NCBI GenBank assembly: GCA_965206595.1
Contig: OZ242214.1
Coordinates: 6,208,001 to 6,272,000 of the forward strand
DNA from: Candidatus Latescibacterota bacterium
GTDB taxonomy: Bacteria > Latescibacterota > UBA2968 > UBA8231
Direction of reading: 5' to 3'
DNA length: 64,000 nucleotides
Part shown: in pieces, positions 9,134-18,622 of the stretch
How positions within the stretch are numbered: the first letter of the stretch is position 1
Layout of the letters: each line of letters opens with the position of its first letter
Made by a program: the position numbers and the translations under genes
Notes under the pieces: generated by a model
Database searches by the model: none
Seen by the model: the letters and a program-made list of their open reading frames with translations, nothing else
Told to the model about the DNA's origin: nothing

Positions 9134-10026
9134 CTGCTTTCCGGTTCAGTGCCGGGATTTTGTCCGTCAGGATCGCCGCTCTCGCCGGCGTCGCCGCCGG
9201 ACCCGACAGGGGCATCCAGTCCGAGACCCTCAAGCCCCGTCGCCAGTGAATCGACCTGTTCCCCGTCCTTCAGGACCTCTCTCGACTTGCGTCCCTGCAG
9301 CCGCCGCAGGTTGGCCCTGTACGCCTCTCGCCTGGGATTGAGCGCGCGCGCCCGCTGATAGGCGAGCTCGGCTTCCTCCCGCTCTCCGAGGCGCTCGTAC
9401 ACGACGCCGAGATTGTTGGACAGACTGGCCGATACGCTGTCCGCGGCGAGCGCTTTCTCGAGGTGGAACCGCGCTTCCTTCCACATACCGTTTTCGATGC
9501 ACCAGAGCGCGTATTCGTTTACTCGCTCGACGTTTTCCTTCTGCCTGCGGCTGCGCGCGGCGTGAAGCGATTTCAGCCTGCGATCCAACTCGGGGTCCCG
9601 TCCACCGGAGATCTCACTTCCGCCCGTGGCCCCGGCCCCGGGAACGCGGCTTCCCGATGCCTCCGGCGTTGAGGCGGGTGCGTCCATCCCTGCTGCGAAG
9701 GCCGGATCCGGAACCGCCGGCTTCACCGGCAGAGAGTCCCCGGCACTGACAACCTCGCTCGTAGCATCGGCGCCGCCCTCGGGCGAGCCCGCCACGTCTC
9801 CACGGGCGGTATCTTCTTGGACAATCTCACCATTCGGCCGGTTCCCCGGGCCCTCCCACCAGGGCTTCTCGGCCTCGGGGCGGCGTTTGACCACCTCGAA
9901 ACAGCCGCTCCAAACCAGGCATGACATGACAACCAGTGCGGCGCACAGGGACCGGGCGAGGCGGGTGCCCGGCCGGCAAGCGTCGATTCCGGATTCTGTA
10001 GCGACCTTCGAAAAATTCGTTGCCAT
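9130..10026 (-). CDS. TPR-repeat lipoprotein
   Basis: Lipobox WSGC; WKEARFHLEKAL...NNLGVVYERLGEREEAELAYQRARALNP; 4-bp overlap with the Omp85 gene. Confidence 0.75.
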   Translation of the reverse strand: MATNFSKVATESGIDACRPGTRLARSLCAALVVMSCLVWSGCFEVVKRRPEAEKPWWEGPGNRPNGEIVQEDTARGDVAGSPEGGADATSEVVSAGDSLPVKPAVPDPAFAAGMDAPASTPEASGSRVPGAGATGGSEISGGRDPELDRRLKSLHAARSRRQKENVERVNEYALWCIENGMWKEARFHLEKALAADSVSASLSNNLGVVYERLGEREEAELAYQRARALNPRREAYRANLRRLQGRKSREVLKDGEQVDSLATGLEGLGLDAPVGSGGDAGESGDPDGQNPGTEPESR

Positions 10027-10432
10027 GGGCTGTCTGCAATGCCGGAGACGGCTGAATTCCGCCTTCGGAATGGGGACGGGGATGCTGCCGTTCAGCTACC
10101 CCCCGATGCGGCAACCGCCCGAAGTGTGGGCCGGACCGGTGCCGGTAAGTCCTGGGCGCCCCACTCGTCGATGTGCTGCAATTGGGGCATGCCTTCCCGG
10201 GGCCGCTCCAAAGGGGAGGCCAAGTCGCTTCGAGAATATAAGCAGTGACCTGCCGGACCTCATAAGTGCCGTATGAAAGCCGCTCCTGTGGGCGGGGCGA
10301 GCACAAGCCGAGACTGGAAAGGGCGGCAGAGGGCACGGATACAGAGGTGAAGACGCCGATTCATTCGCAGGATCGGACGCCCGGAGGAACAACAGGTTTC
10401 TGGGGGTCTGATAATTTCCTGCCACGGAGGTC

Positions 10433-10452
10433 TCCCTGAGATATCTCAGGGA
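10433..10452. repeat. Perfect 20-bp palindrome TCCCTGAGATATCTCAGGGA
   Basis: Equals its own reverse complement; lies 16 bp past the stop of the GT-C gene. Confidence 0.9.
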
Positions 10453-10468
10453 AGGATCGGGGCTCCGT

Positions 10469-11842
10469 TCAGTCCGCGTCCGGGGTGGTTTGCTGCCGGA
10501 AAGAAGGAAGCCGTCCGTGCAGGATGGGAACCGCGACGAGCAGGAGGAAAAAAGGGGCGAACTCCACCCACCGCACCCAGACCTGCTCTTCCCAGACGCC
10601 CAGGTGGAGGTAGCGCCCCAGTACCTCGTAGGAAAGGACTACGAGGCCAGAGAGGCAGAGCCAGGCGGGGCTGGGGAAAAACGGCAGGAAGGGGAGAATC
10701 CAGAGCAGGTACCATGGGTGCAAAGTCGGGGAAAACAGAATGAAAACGGCCAGAACCGCGAAAAGCACGCGCAGTGGATTGGCGATGAGCACGGGAGCCG
10801 CAAGGCAAGCGAGCGCCACCGCGCCTGCGCAGATCAGGCGAGCGGCTGCATGGGCTGCATCGGTCTCGACTCCGGCAAGCTGCAAACCTTCGGATACGAG
10901 AGAGAAAACCGAGTCGTTGAAGCGCCATCTCGCTGAGTACGCCGACAGGCCGTCGAAAAGACCGGTGCCTGCACCGGCGTAGGGAGCGTACCCGGCAAGG
11001 ACTCCGAGAGGCAGAAGCAGAAACGGCAGGCGGCCTCCGGGACGAAACCAGGCGCGCAGGTCCCTCCCTTCATGCTTTCCGAACTCGCGCCAGAAGAGCG
11101 GTGCCGCCAGCAGCGGGAACAGCTTGCCGAGCACGGCCGCAGCCAGTGCCAGGGCCGCCGCGGCCCGGCGGCCGTCCAGCATCAGGGCCGCCGCTGCCAT
11201 CAGCAGTGCGGTGCCGAGGGCGTCGATATGGCCGCTGCCGGCGATCTCGAGCACGGCGAGCGGGTTCCAGAGGTAGAGGAAGACCCATCTGGGGTCGCGC
11301 CCGGTGCGCCGCAGCAGGAGAATCAGGGTCGCGGCCAGCAGCGCCTCGCAGCAGAGAAGGGCGATCTTCATCGCCGGCACGGTATGGCTGGCCGCGGAAA
11401 CACCGAGAAAGAACAGCTGTGCCAGGGGCGGGTAGATCGTCGACACGCTCTTGTGGTTGATGTGGGGGTAGTGGGCGTCCCGCAGTTCCTCCACGGCGGC
11501 ATCAGCGGGGGCGTGCAGATAGGGGTTGATCCCGGCGAGCTGGACGCGGCCGTCCCACAGGTAGCGGTAGATGTCGTCCGACAGGTTGGGAACCGCCGGC
11601 AGCAGGGTGAGGCGGAAAACCGCGGCGCCGATCAGAATGAAGGCCAGTGAGCCGCGCCGCCGGGCAACCGAAGCGGCCCCCAGGAGATACCCGGCGAAGG
11701 CGATGGCGAACAGCATCCAGAACCGGGGTACGACGGGGCGCAGATCTCCTTGTGCGGCGAGTACCAGCCACGATCCCTCCACCAGGGCGGCGCAGCCCCA
11801 GAGCGGAGCCTCCCGTCTCGATCGCTGCAGCAGGGCGCGCAC
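10469..11842 (-). CDS. Integral-membrane GT-C glycosyltransferase (GT87/DUF2029-like)
   Basis: LSDDIYRYLWDG, GINPY, TIYPP, WNPL, GHID, HPWYLLW; many TM helices. Confidence 0.8.
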   Translation of the reverse strand: MRALLQRSRREAPLWGCAALVEGSWLVLAAQGDLRPVVPRFWMLFAIAFAGYLLGAASVARRRGSLAFILIGAAVFRLTLLPAVPNLSDDIYRYLWDGRVQLAGINPYLHAPADAAVEELRDAHYPHINHKSVSTIYPPLAQLFFLGVSAASHTVPAMKIALLCCEALLAATLILLLRRTGRDPRWVFLYLWNPLAVLEIAGSGHIDALGTALLMAAAALMLDGRRAAAALALAAAVLGKLFPLLAAPLFWREFGKHEGRDLRAWFRPGGRLPFLLLPLGVLAGYAPYAGAGTGLFDGLSAYSARWRFNDSVFSLVSEGLQLAGVETDAAHAAARLICAGAVALACLAAPVLIANPLRVLFAVLAVFILFSPTLHPWYLLWILPFLPFFPSPAWLCLSGLVVLSYEVLGRYLHLGVWEEQVWVRWVEFAPFFLLLVAVPILHGRLPSFRQQTTPDAD

Positions 11843-11856
11843 AGGTGGGTGGGAAG

Positions 11857-12381
11857 TCAGTGGGTCAGCCGGCGGCCGCCGGCGTAGCGGCTGCCGAAAT
11901 AAGGCTGGTTGAGACTGTCGATCACCCCGCCCCGGCTCAGGCTTGCGTGGATGAAACGGTCGCCCCCGACGTAGACGCCGACATGCGAAATGCCCGGTCC
12001 GGAGGCGGCGATGCGAAAAAAGAGGAGGTCTCCAGGCCGCAGGTCGTCACGGCTGCTGATCGGGGCGCCGACGACGAACATCTGCTTCGAGGTTCTGGGG
12101 AGTTCGATGCCGTAGGCCTCGCGCACGATGGCCCGGGCCATGGCCGAGCAATCCATCCCTCCGCGGGTCGTACCTCCCCATTTGTAGGGTATTCCGAGGT
12201 ACCCGTCCGCAACCTCGAGCAACCGCCGGGGACTGCTGTTGCGCAGGGCCTGCTGGCGGGCACGCAGCTCCTTCACGACCGCACGGCCACCAGTTGGCTC
12301 GCTCGTGTAGCGCGGTGCCGGTGCGCAGGTGGCCAGCAGGGAGAGCAGCGCGAGGACCGGCAACAGACGGCGTGCAATCAC
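11857..12381 (-). CDS. NlpC/P60 (C40) peptidoglycan peptidase lipoprotein
   Basis: YLGIPYKWGG, GMDCS, LPRTS, PGDLLFF, SHVGVYVG, FIHAS; lipobox LATC. Confidence 0.92.
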   Translation of the reverse strand: MIARRLLPVLALLSLLATCAPAPRYTSEPTGGRAVVKELRARQQALRNSSPRRLLEVADGYLGIPYKWGGTTRGGMDCSAMARAIVREAYGIELPRTSKQMFVVGAPISSRDDLRPGDLLFFRIAASGPGISHVGVYVGGDRFIHASLSRGGVIDSLNQPYFGSRYAGGRRLTH

Positions 12382-13343
12382 GCCTGCCTCCGCAACAGCT
12401 CCAGGACCCTTTCCATATCTTCCGGCAGCGGCGAGGAAAAGCCCGCGGTTTTTGCGGTGGAAGGGTGTTCGAAAACGAGCCTGCTCGCATGCAGGGCCTG
12501 GCGCCCGATCAGCTCGAGCGCCTGCCGCGCGAGGGAGCGGTGCTCCGCGGCGATTCCGCGCAGTCGGGTGCGTCCCCCGTAGACGGGATCGCCAAAAACG
12601 GGATGACCCGCGTGCTGCATGTGGACGCGAATCTGGTGGGTTCTGCCGGTTTCCAGCTCGACGCGAATCAGGCTCAGGAACGCGAACCGTTCACAGGTCC
12701 GGTAATGGGTGACGGCGCGGCGTCCCTCTTCGCGGACCGCCATCTTCACCCGGTCCCGGGGGTTGCGGGCGATAGCGGCTTCGATCCGCCCCGCGCCCGG
12801 ATCTCCCCAGACGATGGCGGTGTAGACCCGGCTGAGGGTCCGCGCCTCGAGCTGGGCGGCGAGGTGGCGGTGGGCGTGGTCGTTCTTGGCGACGACCATC
12901 AGGCCGGTGGTGTCGCGGTCGAGACGATGGACGATGCCGGGCCGCAAAGCCCCGTTGATGCCGGAAAGATCCCGGCAGCGGTGGAGGAGGGCGTTCACCA
13001 GGGTTCCCGTACGGAATCCTGGAGCCGGGTGAACGGTCATCCCGGTGGACTTGTCGACAACCAGAAGATCCTCGTCTTCGTACGGGACCGAGAGGGGGAT
13101 CTCCTCGGGTTCGAGGTCGAGCCTTGCAGGGGCGGGGATCGTCATGTCGACGAGGTCACCGGCCTTGACCCGGTAGCTGGCGCGCCGCGGTTCCCCCCCG
13201 ACGCGAACGGCTCCTCCGTCGATCAGCGTCTGAATACGGCTCCGGGATAGCGGGCCGCAGCGTTCGGCGAGGAAGCGGTCAAGACGCTCTCCTTCCTCCT
13301 CGTCGGTAATGACAACTCGAACCGGGGCGCCGGGATGGGACAT
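12378..13343 (-). CDS. rluD: RluA/RluD-family rRNA pseudouridine synthase
   Basis: S4 domain ERLDRFL; GIVHRLDRDTTG; LETGRTHQIRVH; QALHA. Start reassigned to ATG 13343. Confidence 0.9.
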   Translation of the reverse strand: MSHPGAPVRVVITDEEEGERLDRFLAERCGPLSRSRIQTLIDGGAVRVGGEPRRASYRVKAGDLVDMTIPAPARLDLEPEEIPLSVPYEDEDLLVVDKSTGMTVHPAPGFRTGTLVNALLHRCRDLSGINGALRPGIVHRLDRDTTGLMVVAKNDHAHRHLAAQLEARTLSRVYTAIVWGDPGAGRIEAAIARNPRDRVKMAVREEGRRAVTHYRTCERFAFLSLIRVELETGRTHQIRVHMQHAGHPVFGDPVYGGRTRLRGIAAEHRSLARQALELIGRQALHASRLVFEHPSTAKTAGFSSPLPEDMERVLELLRRQA

Positions 13344-13404
13344 GCGCAACGGAGTTTGCAGCGTCCCGACGGGAGACCGTGCGGGGGGGTGGAGGGGGGT
13401 GGCG

Positions 13405-13977
13405 TCAGCTCCCGGCGACGCGCCCGGACTCCGCGACGGCCGGCTCGCCCTCACCCGGCCGCGGCTCGGGATCCTTTCGACGGCTGTAGCCGATGGCGAG
13501 GATGACGATGCCGACGGTCACGAACGAGTCGGCGACGTTGAAGACCGGCCAGCGCCAGTCCGGCCCGATGCCGAAGTCGAAGAAGTCTATCACCTCCCCC
13601 AGGCGAATGCGGTCGATAATGTTGCCGAGCGCCCCGCCGAGAACCATGGTCACTGCCGCCCGCAACAGCCTTGAATCGGAAGGCAGGGTGCGGAACAGGT
13701 AGGCGAGAACGACGAGAGCAACTACCGACACGAAAGTGTGGATCTCGGGGCCGCCCAAGCTGAGGCCGAAGGCGGCACCGCGGTTGTGGATGTAGGTCAA
13801 GCGAAAGAAACCGCCGAGAACCTTTATCGAGTCGTTCCGAGCCATCGAGGTCGCGACCAGGAGCTTGGTCGCCTGGTCGAACGCCAGAATCAGGGGAACG
13901 AGAAGGAGGGGGAGGGAAACCCGCTGCCACGGGGATCTTTCGCCGCCGCCCGGGTTACCAGCCGCTGACCTTGTCAT
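13405..13977 (-). CDS. lspA: Lipoprotein signal peptidase II
   Basis: DQATK, NRGAAFG, GGALGNIIDR, VIDFFD, FNVADS. Start reassigned to ATG 13977. Confidence 0.95.
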   Translation of the reverse strand: MTRSAAGNPGGGERSPWQRVSLPLLLVPLILAFDQATKLLVATSMARNDSIKVLGGFFRLTYIHNRGAAFGLSLGGPEIHTFVSVVALVVLAYLFRTLPSDSRLLRAAVTMVLGGALGNIIDRIRLGEVIDFFDFGIGPDWRWPVFNVADSFVTVGIVILAIGYSRRKDPEPRPGEGEPAVAESGRVAGS

Positions 13978-14335
13978 CCTTCGACTTGCAGGCGATGCAC
14001 TGGGTCGCCGTCGGCACCGCTTCCAGTCTGGGGAGGCCGATCTCGCCCCCACAGACGCGGCAGATGCCGAAGGTGCCGGCCTCGATCCGCTGCAGGGCCT
14101 CGTCGAGGTAATCGATGTAGTTCCCCTCGCGCTGGGCGAGCAGCAGGTTCTTCTCCCGCTCCATGGCGTCGGTGCCGCGGTCGGCCATGTGCAGGGAGTA
14201 GGCGGAGCGGTCTTCCGACGACTCCTGGGCGTCGTCGCTGCGGGAGACTCTTTCCAGCTCTTCGAGGTCGGCATTCGCCTGAACCCGTTTTTCGGTCAGC
14301 AGGTTCTTTAAATACCCCAGATCTTCGGCATTCAT
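13955..14335 (-). CDS. DksA/TraR C4 zinc-finger protein
   Basis: Coiled coil HMADRGTDAMERE; CRVC...RLEAVP...CIAC. Confidence 0.9.
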   Translation of the reverse strand: MNAEDLGYLKNLLTEKRVQANADLEELERVSRSDDAQESSEDRSAYSLHMADRGTDAMEREKNLLLAQREGNYIDYLDEALQRIEAGTFGICRVCGGEIGLPRLEAVPTATQCIACKSKDDKVSGW

Positions 14336-14379
14336 CGGTCTTCAGCTCTCTGTGGTGGTCATCTGAAAGTCGCGAAGGC

Positions 14380-17300
14380 TCAGGCGCGGTCGATCGCGAA
14401 AATAACGGTCTCGCCGTCGATGTCGCTCTCCTGGCGCAGCAGGGCATCTCCGGGAAGTTCGTCAAGCCGAATTTCGATTGCCAACGTCTCCGCAGCAATG
14501 TAGCAGCGGTGGTGCCGGGAGGCGTTCACAATTGGTTCGGAACCCGCGATCCACAGGCGGATTCGATCCGCAACATTGAGCCCCGCAGTCTTGCGCATGT
14601 TCTGCACCCGGTTCACCACTTCGCGCGCGGTCCCTTCACGGATCAGCTCTTCGTCGAGAGCGACGTCGAGGCCGACGCACAGGTTGCCGTCGACGGCAAC
14701 CACCACCCCTTCTTTCTCGCAGCGCGTCAGCTGCACGTCATCAGCGCCGATGGTACCTCCGGCGACGGCGAAGCGTTCGCCCGCGGCCAGGCGCGTCACC
14801 TCGGCGCGAGTCAGCTTCTCGATGAAAGCCGCCACCTCCTTCACGCGTTTGCCGAAACGGGGTCCGAGAGCGCGGTAGTTGGCCTTGCAGGAGACCTCGC
14901 TGATCTCCGCCTCGTCCTCGACGAAAACGACCTCCTTGACGTTGAGCTCGTCGGCGACGAGGTCGGCAAGGGCCGTGAGCTTCTCCCCGCCGGTCTCGTC
15001 GGGGGGGAGAAGCAGAACGCGGCCGAGGGGCTGGCGGATCCTGATCTCGTGCCTGCTGCGCAAGGAGCGTCCCAGGTTCACCGCCCGCGCGGCCAGCGCC
15101 ATCTGCTCCTCGAGTCCGGGATCCCGCATCTCCTCGTCGGCCGCGGGCATGTCGCACAGGTGCACGCTCACCGGTGCGTCGCCGTCCCACGAGCGCACCA
15201 GGTTCTGGTAGATCTTCTCGGTCGCGAAGGGCAGCACCGGCGCCAGGCTTTTGACGAAGGTCACCAGTACGCGGTAAAGAGTCGCGTATGCCGACGCCTT
15301 GTCGTCGTCGTCCTCCGATTTCCAGAAACGGCGCCGGCTGCGGCGGATGTACCAGTTGGTGAGTTTCTCGACGAAGGCGACCATGGCCGGCACCGTCCGG
15401 TACAGCCGGTAGGCTTCCATCTCGGCGTTGATGTCGTGGACAAGGGTCTGCAGCTCCGAGAGGATCCAGCGGTCGAGCAGGTTCCCCGCCCCGGGGTCGC
15501 GCGGTTCGGCCGGCGACCAGCGGTCGACCCCGGCGTAGGTGACGAAGAAGCTGTAGGCGTTCCACAATGGGATGATGACGTCGCGCAGACTTTGCCTGAT
15601 GCCGGTCTCGGTGAGGCGCATTTCCTCGGCCTTCAGGGCCGGAGAGTTCAACAGGTAGAGGCGCAGCGCGTCGGCCCCGTAGAGGTCGAGCATCTCCGTC
15701 GGCTCGGGGTAGTTCTTCAGCCGTTTGCTCATCTTGCGGCCATCTTCGGCGAGCAGCATGCCGGTGACGATGCAATTGCGGTAGGCCGGTTTATCGAACA
15801 GGGCCGCGGCGAGGATGGTCAGGGTGTAGAACCACCCCCGCGTCTGATCGAGAGACTCAGTAATGAAGTCGGCGGGGAAGTTCTGCTCGAAGTACTCCCG
15901 GTTCTCGAACGGATAGTGATTCTGCGCATACGGCATCGACCCGGATTCGAACCAGCAGTCCAGCACCGCGGGGACCCTCTTCAGCACCCCGTTGCCCGAC
16001 GGCGCGGGGATCTCGATGTCGTCGACGAACTGCTTGTGCAGGTCGGCGACCGTCCGTCCGCTGAGCCGTTCGAGCTCCTCGACGCTGCCGACGCAGACGG
16101 CTTCACCTGTTTCGTCGTTGCGCCAGACCGGCAGCGGCGTTCCCCAGTAGCGGTCGCGGCTGATGCACCAGTCGCGGGCTCCCTGCAGCCACTTTCCGAA
16201 GCGCCCGCCGCGGATGTGCTCCGGGATCCACCAGATCTGCTCGTTGGCGCCCAGCATCGAGTCCTTGATGTTCTCGACCCGGACGAACCAGCTCGAAATG
16301 GCGCGGTAGATCAGGGGGGATTCGCAGCGCCAGCAGAACGGGTACGAATGCACCAGGGAGCTTTCGCTAAACAGCTGGCCCCGGCGCCGCAGGAGGCGGA
16401 TGATGTCGGTGTCGGCGTCCTTGACGAAGCGGCCGGCGAAGTCGGGGACGGCGACGGTAAAGCGGCAGTCCTCGTCGATCGGGCAGACAGCGGGCAGTCC
16501 CTCCCGAAGGCCGAGCTGATAGTCGTCCTCGCCGAAACCAGGTGCGATGTGGACGATGCCGGTGCCGTCGTCGGTCGACACGAAGTCCGCGGGGACGACG
16601 CGGAACGCGCCCTCGTTCGCGAGCCCTGCGAAACAGTCGAACAGCGGCTCGTAGCGGAGGCCGAGAAGAGTTTCCACAGGCTGCTCCTCGACCGCGGCGA
16701 TCTCGTCCTCGTGCTGGCGGAAGACCGGATCGATGCGCTCGCGGGCAAGGATCAGGCGTTCGCCGTCGCGCAGTTGCACGCGGACGTACTCGCAGTCCCT
16801 GGCGATCGCCAGGGCCATGTTGGCGGGAAGCGTCCACGGCGTCGTGGTCCAGGCGAGGATCGAGGTGTTTTCCGCCTCCTTCACCCGGAAGCGGATCGTG
16901 ATCGAAGGGTCCTGGGTATCGCGATACCCCTGGTTGACCTCGAAGTTCGACAAGGCAGTGGCGCAGCGCGGGCAGTAGGCGAGCGACTTGTAGCCCTCGT
17001 AGACGAGGCCGCGGTCCCAGAGGCGCTTGAACACCCACCAGACCGACTCCATGAACTCAGGGTCCATGGTGAGGTACTGGTTGTCCCAGTCGACCCAGCG
17101 CCCGACGCGGCGGACCAGCTGCTCCCACTCGGCCGTGTAGCGCAGCACGAGCGAGCGGCAGTAGTCGTTGAAGGGCGGAACGCCGTATTCGAGAATGTCC
17201 TTACGCGATCGAAGGCCGAGCTGTTGTTCCGCCTCGTTCTCCACCGGCAGGCCGTGGCAGTCCCACCCGAAGCGGCGCTCGACCCGGTAGCCGCGCATGG

Positions 17301-17553
17301 TCCAGTAGCGGGCAACCACGTCCTTGACGATAGAAACCAGCAGGTGTCCGTAGTGGGGCAGGCCGCTCGCGAACGGCGGGCCGTCGTAGAAGATGAAAGG
17401 GTTGGACCCCGGTCTCGACTGCACGGACCGCTCGTAGGCGGCGGTCTGATCCCACAGCTCCAGGGTTTCCCGCTCCTGGGCCGGGAAGTCGACCAGGGAG
17501 GGGACCGGATCGAAGATGGGGGTCGGACTCTGTTTTCGGAGGGATTCCACCAT
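14380..17553 (-). CDS. ileS: Isoleucine--tRNA ligase (type 2)
   Basis: FYDGPPFASGLPHYGH, GWDCHGLP, AWTTTPWTLPAN, KMSKR; type-2 C-terminus (AREVVNRVQNMRK). Confidence 0.97.
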   Translation of the reverse strand: MVESLRKQSPTPIFDPVPSLVDFPAQERETLELWDQTAAYERSVQSRPGSNPFIFYDGPPFASGLPHYGHLLVSIVKDVVARYWTMRGYRVERRFGWDCHGLPVENEAEQQLGLRSRKDILEYGVPPFNDYCRSLVLRYTAEWEQLVRRVGRWVDWDNQYLTMDPEFMESVWWVFKRLWDRGLVYEGYKSLAYCPRCATALSNFEVNQGYRDTQDPSITIRFRVKEAENTSILAWTTTPWTLPANMALAIARDCEYVRVQLRDGERLILARERIDPVFRQHEDEIAAVEEQPVETLLGLRYEPLFDCFAGLANEGAFRVVPADFVSTDDGTGIVHIAPGFGEDDYQLGLREGLPAVCPIDEDCRFTVAVPDFAGRFVKDADTDIIRLLRRRGQLFSESSLVHSYPFCWRCESPLIYRAISSWFVRVENIKDSMLGANEQIWWIPEHIRGGRFGKWLQGARDWCISRDRYWGTPLPVWRNDETGEAVCVGSVEELERLSGRTVADLHKQFVDDIEIPAPSGNGVLKRVPAVLDCWFESGSMPYAQNHYPFENREYFEQNFPADFITESLDQTRGWFYTLTILAAALFDKPAYRNCIVTGMLLAEDGRKMSKRLKNYPEPTEMLDLYGADALRLYLLNSPALKAEEMRLTETGIRQSLRDVIIPLWNAYSFFVTYAGVDRWSPAEPRDPGAGNLLDRWILSELQTLVHDINAEMEAYRLYRTVPAMVAFVEKLTNWYIRRSRRRFWKSEDDDDKASAYATLYRVLVTFVKSLAPVLPFATEKIYQNLVRSWDGDAPVSVHLCDMPAADEEMRDPGLEEQMALAARAVNLGRSLRSRHEIRIRQPLGRVLLLPPDETGGEKLTALADLVADELNVKEVVFVEDEAEISEVSCKANYRALGPRFGKRVKEVAAFIEKLTRAEVTRLAAGERFAVAGGTIGADDVQLTRCEKEGVVVAVDGNLCVGLDVALDEELIREGTAREVVNRVQNMRKTAGLNVADRIRLWIAGSEPIVNASRHHRCYIAAETLAIEIRLDELPGDALLRQESDIDGETVIFAIDRA

Positions 17554-17632
17554 GTCTCTGGTGCCGGTTATTGGCCGGCCGTTGGTTTTCTGTCTGCGTG
17601 TCGGGAGCTGAAGTGGTTCGCGGATTCGTTCC

Positions 17633-17917
17633 TTACAGATGGATGCTGCGCAGAAACCAGATGACGATCTGCAGCAGCAGGATCAGGAACAGAGGGGTGA
17701 AATCCAGTCCGGTCGACCACAGGACCTTCGGCACGTAAGGGCGCAACCTGGCGAGCGCAGGCTCGGTCACGGCGCGCAGAAACTGAACGATCGGGTTGTT
17801 GGGGTCGGGATTGATCCACGAGATCATCACCGCGACGATCACCACCCACATGTACACGTTCAATAGTGAGGTAATGATCCCGATGACTCCCATCAGAAAG
17901 TAACTGTGATCGAACAA
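17633..17917 (-). CDS. yggT: YggT family membrane protein
   Basis: ISWINPDPNNPIVQFLRAVTEP...LDFTP. Confidence 0.9.
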   Translation of the reverse strand: MFDHSYFLMGVIGIITSLLNVYMWVVIVAVMISWINPDPNNPIVQFLRAVTEPALARLRPYVPKVLWSTGLDFTPLFLILLLQIVIWFLRSIHL

Positions 17918-17926
17918 TGGAAACTC

Positions 17927-18622
17927 CTATGGCGCCGCACGCGGTCCGAAAATCGCCGTTCCTACCCGCACCATGCTGGCGCCCTCTTCAATGGCGATTT
18001 CGAAATCGCCGCTCATGCCCATGGAGAGAACCGACGCCTCGACGCCTTCGATAGCGGCCGCGGCCAGGTCCTCGAACAGGGAACGCACGCACCCGAAACA
18101 GGAGCGCAGGCGAGTCTCGTCCGAGGTGAACTCCGCGATCGTCATCAGGCCTAGAACCCGCAAGTGGGACATCCCGGCGACCTGTTCCGCCAAGGCCAGG
18201 GTCTCCTCGGGGGGGACACCCCCCTGCGCTGCAGCCCCGGAGCTGTTGATTTGAAGCAGCACGTCGAGTGAGCGCCCGGCCTGGACCGCGCGCTGTTGCA
18301 GGGTGGCGGCCAAACGGAGGCTGTCCACCGACTGCACGACATCGAAAATTTCCACGGCCCTGCCCGCCTTGTTCGACTGAAGGCGGCCGACCAGGTGCCA
18401 GGTGGCGGCAGATTGCACGAACCCCCGCTTCGATTCCGCCTCCTGGACCCGGTTTTCCCCCAAGTGGGTAACCCCGGCAGCAATCGCTGCCTCGACTTCC
18501 TCGGCGGAGCGGGATTTGCTGACGGCTACGAGCGTTACGGCACCAGGAGGCCTTCCGGAGCGAACCGCGGCGCGCGCGATTCGCTCCTCGACGCCTTGCA
18601 GATTGCGGGCAATCTCTTTCAC
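17927..18622 (-). CDS. yggS: PLP homeostasis protein YggS
   Basis: LVAVSK, GENRVQE, WHLVGRLQSNK, GLMTI, LSMGMSGD, VRVGTAIFG. Start approximate (GTG 18622). Confidence 0.95.
   Translation of the reverse strand: MKEIARNLQGVEERIARAAVRSGRPPGAVTLVAVSKSRSAEEVEAAIAAGVTHLGENRVQEAESKRGFVQSAATWHLVGRLQSNKAGRAVEIFDVVQSVDSLRLAATLQQRAVQAGRSLDVLLQINSSGAAAQGGVPPEETLALAEQVAGMSHLRVLGLMTIAEFTSDETRLRSCFGCVRSLFEDLAAAAIEGVEASVLSMGMSGDFEIAIEEGASMVRVGTAIFGPRAAP

Noticed and set aside
10096-10425. 109-aa minus-strand ORF in the large intergenic gap
   Set aside because: Composition is unlike neighbouring genes and it has no motifs; not called as a CDS, though a weak RBS means it cannot be fully excluded.
13405-14274. 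Long N-terminal extension on LspA
   Set aside because: Off-frame overlap with the dksA-like gene; ATG 13977 gives a normal length.
17554-17632. T-box riboswitch upstream of ileS
   Set aside because: The gap is only ~80 bp and has no T-box consensus.
14509-17664. 1051-aa plus-strand ORF, and similar long ORFs at 7421-9358, 25044-27956, 36266-38503, 49440-52352 and 58813-60597
   Set aside because: Antisense shadows of clear genes (ileS, Omp85, glcDE, dnaE, Mo subunit, Rieske). High GC3 suppresses stops on the opposite strand; no motifs.
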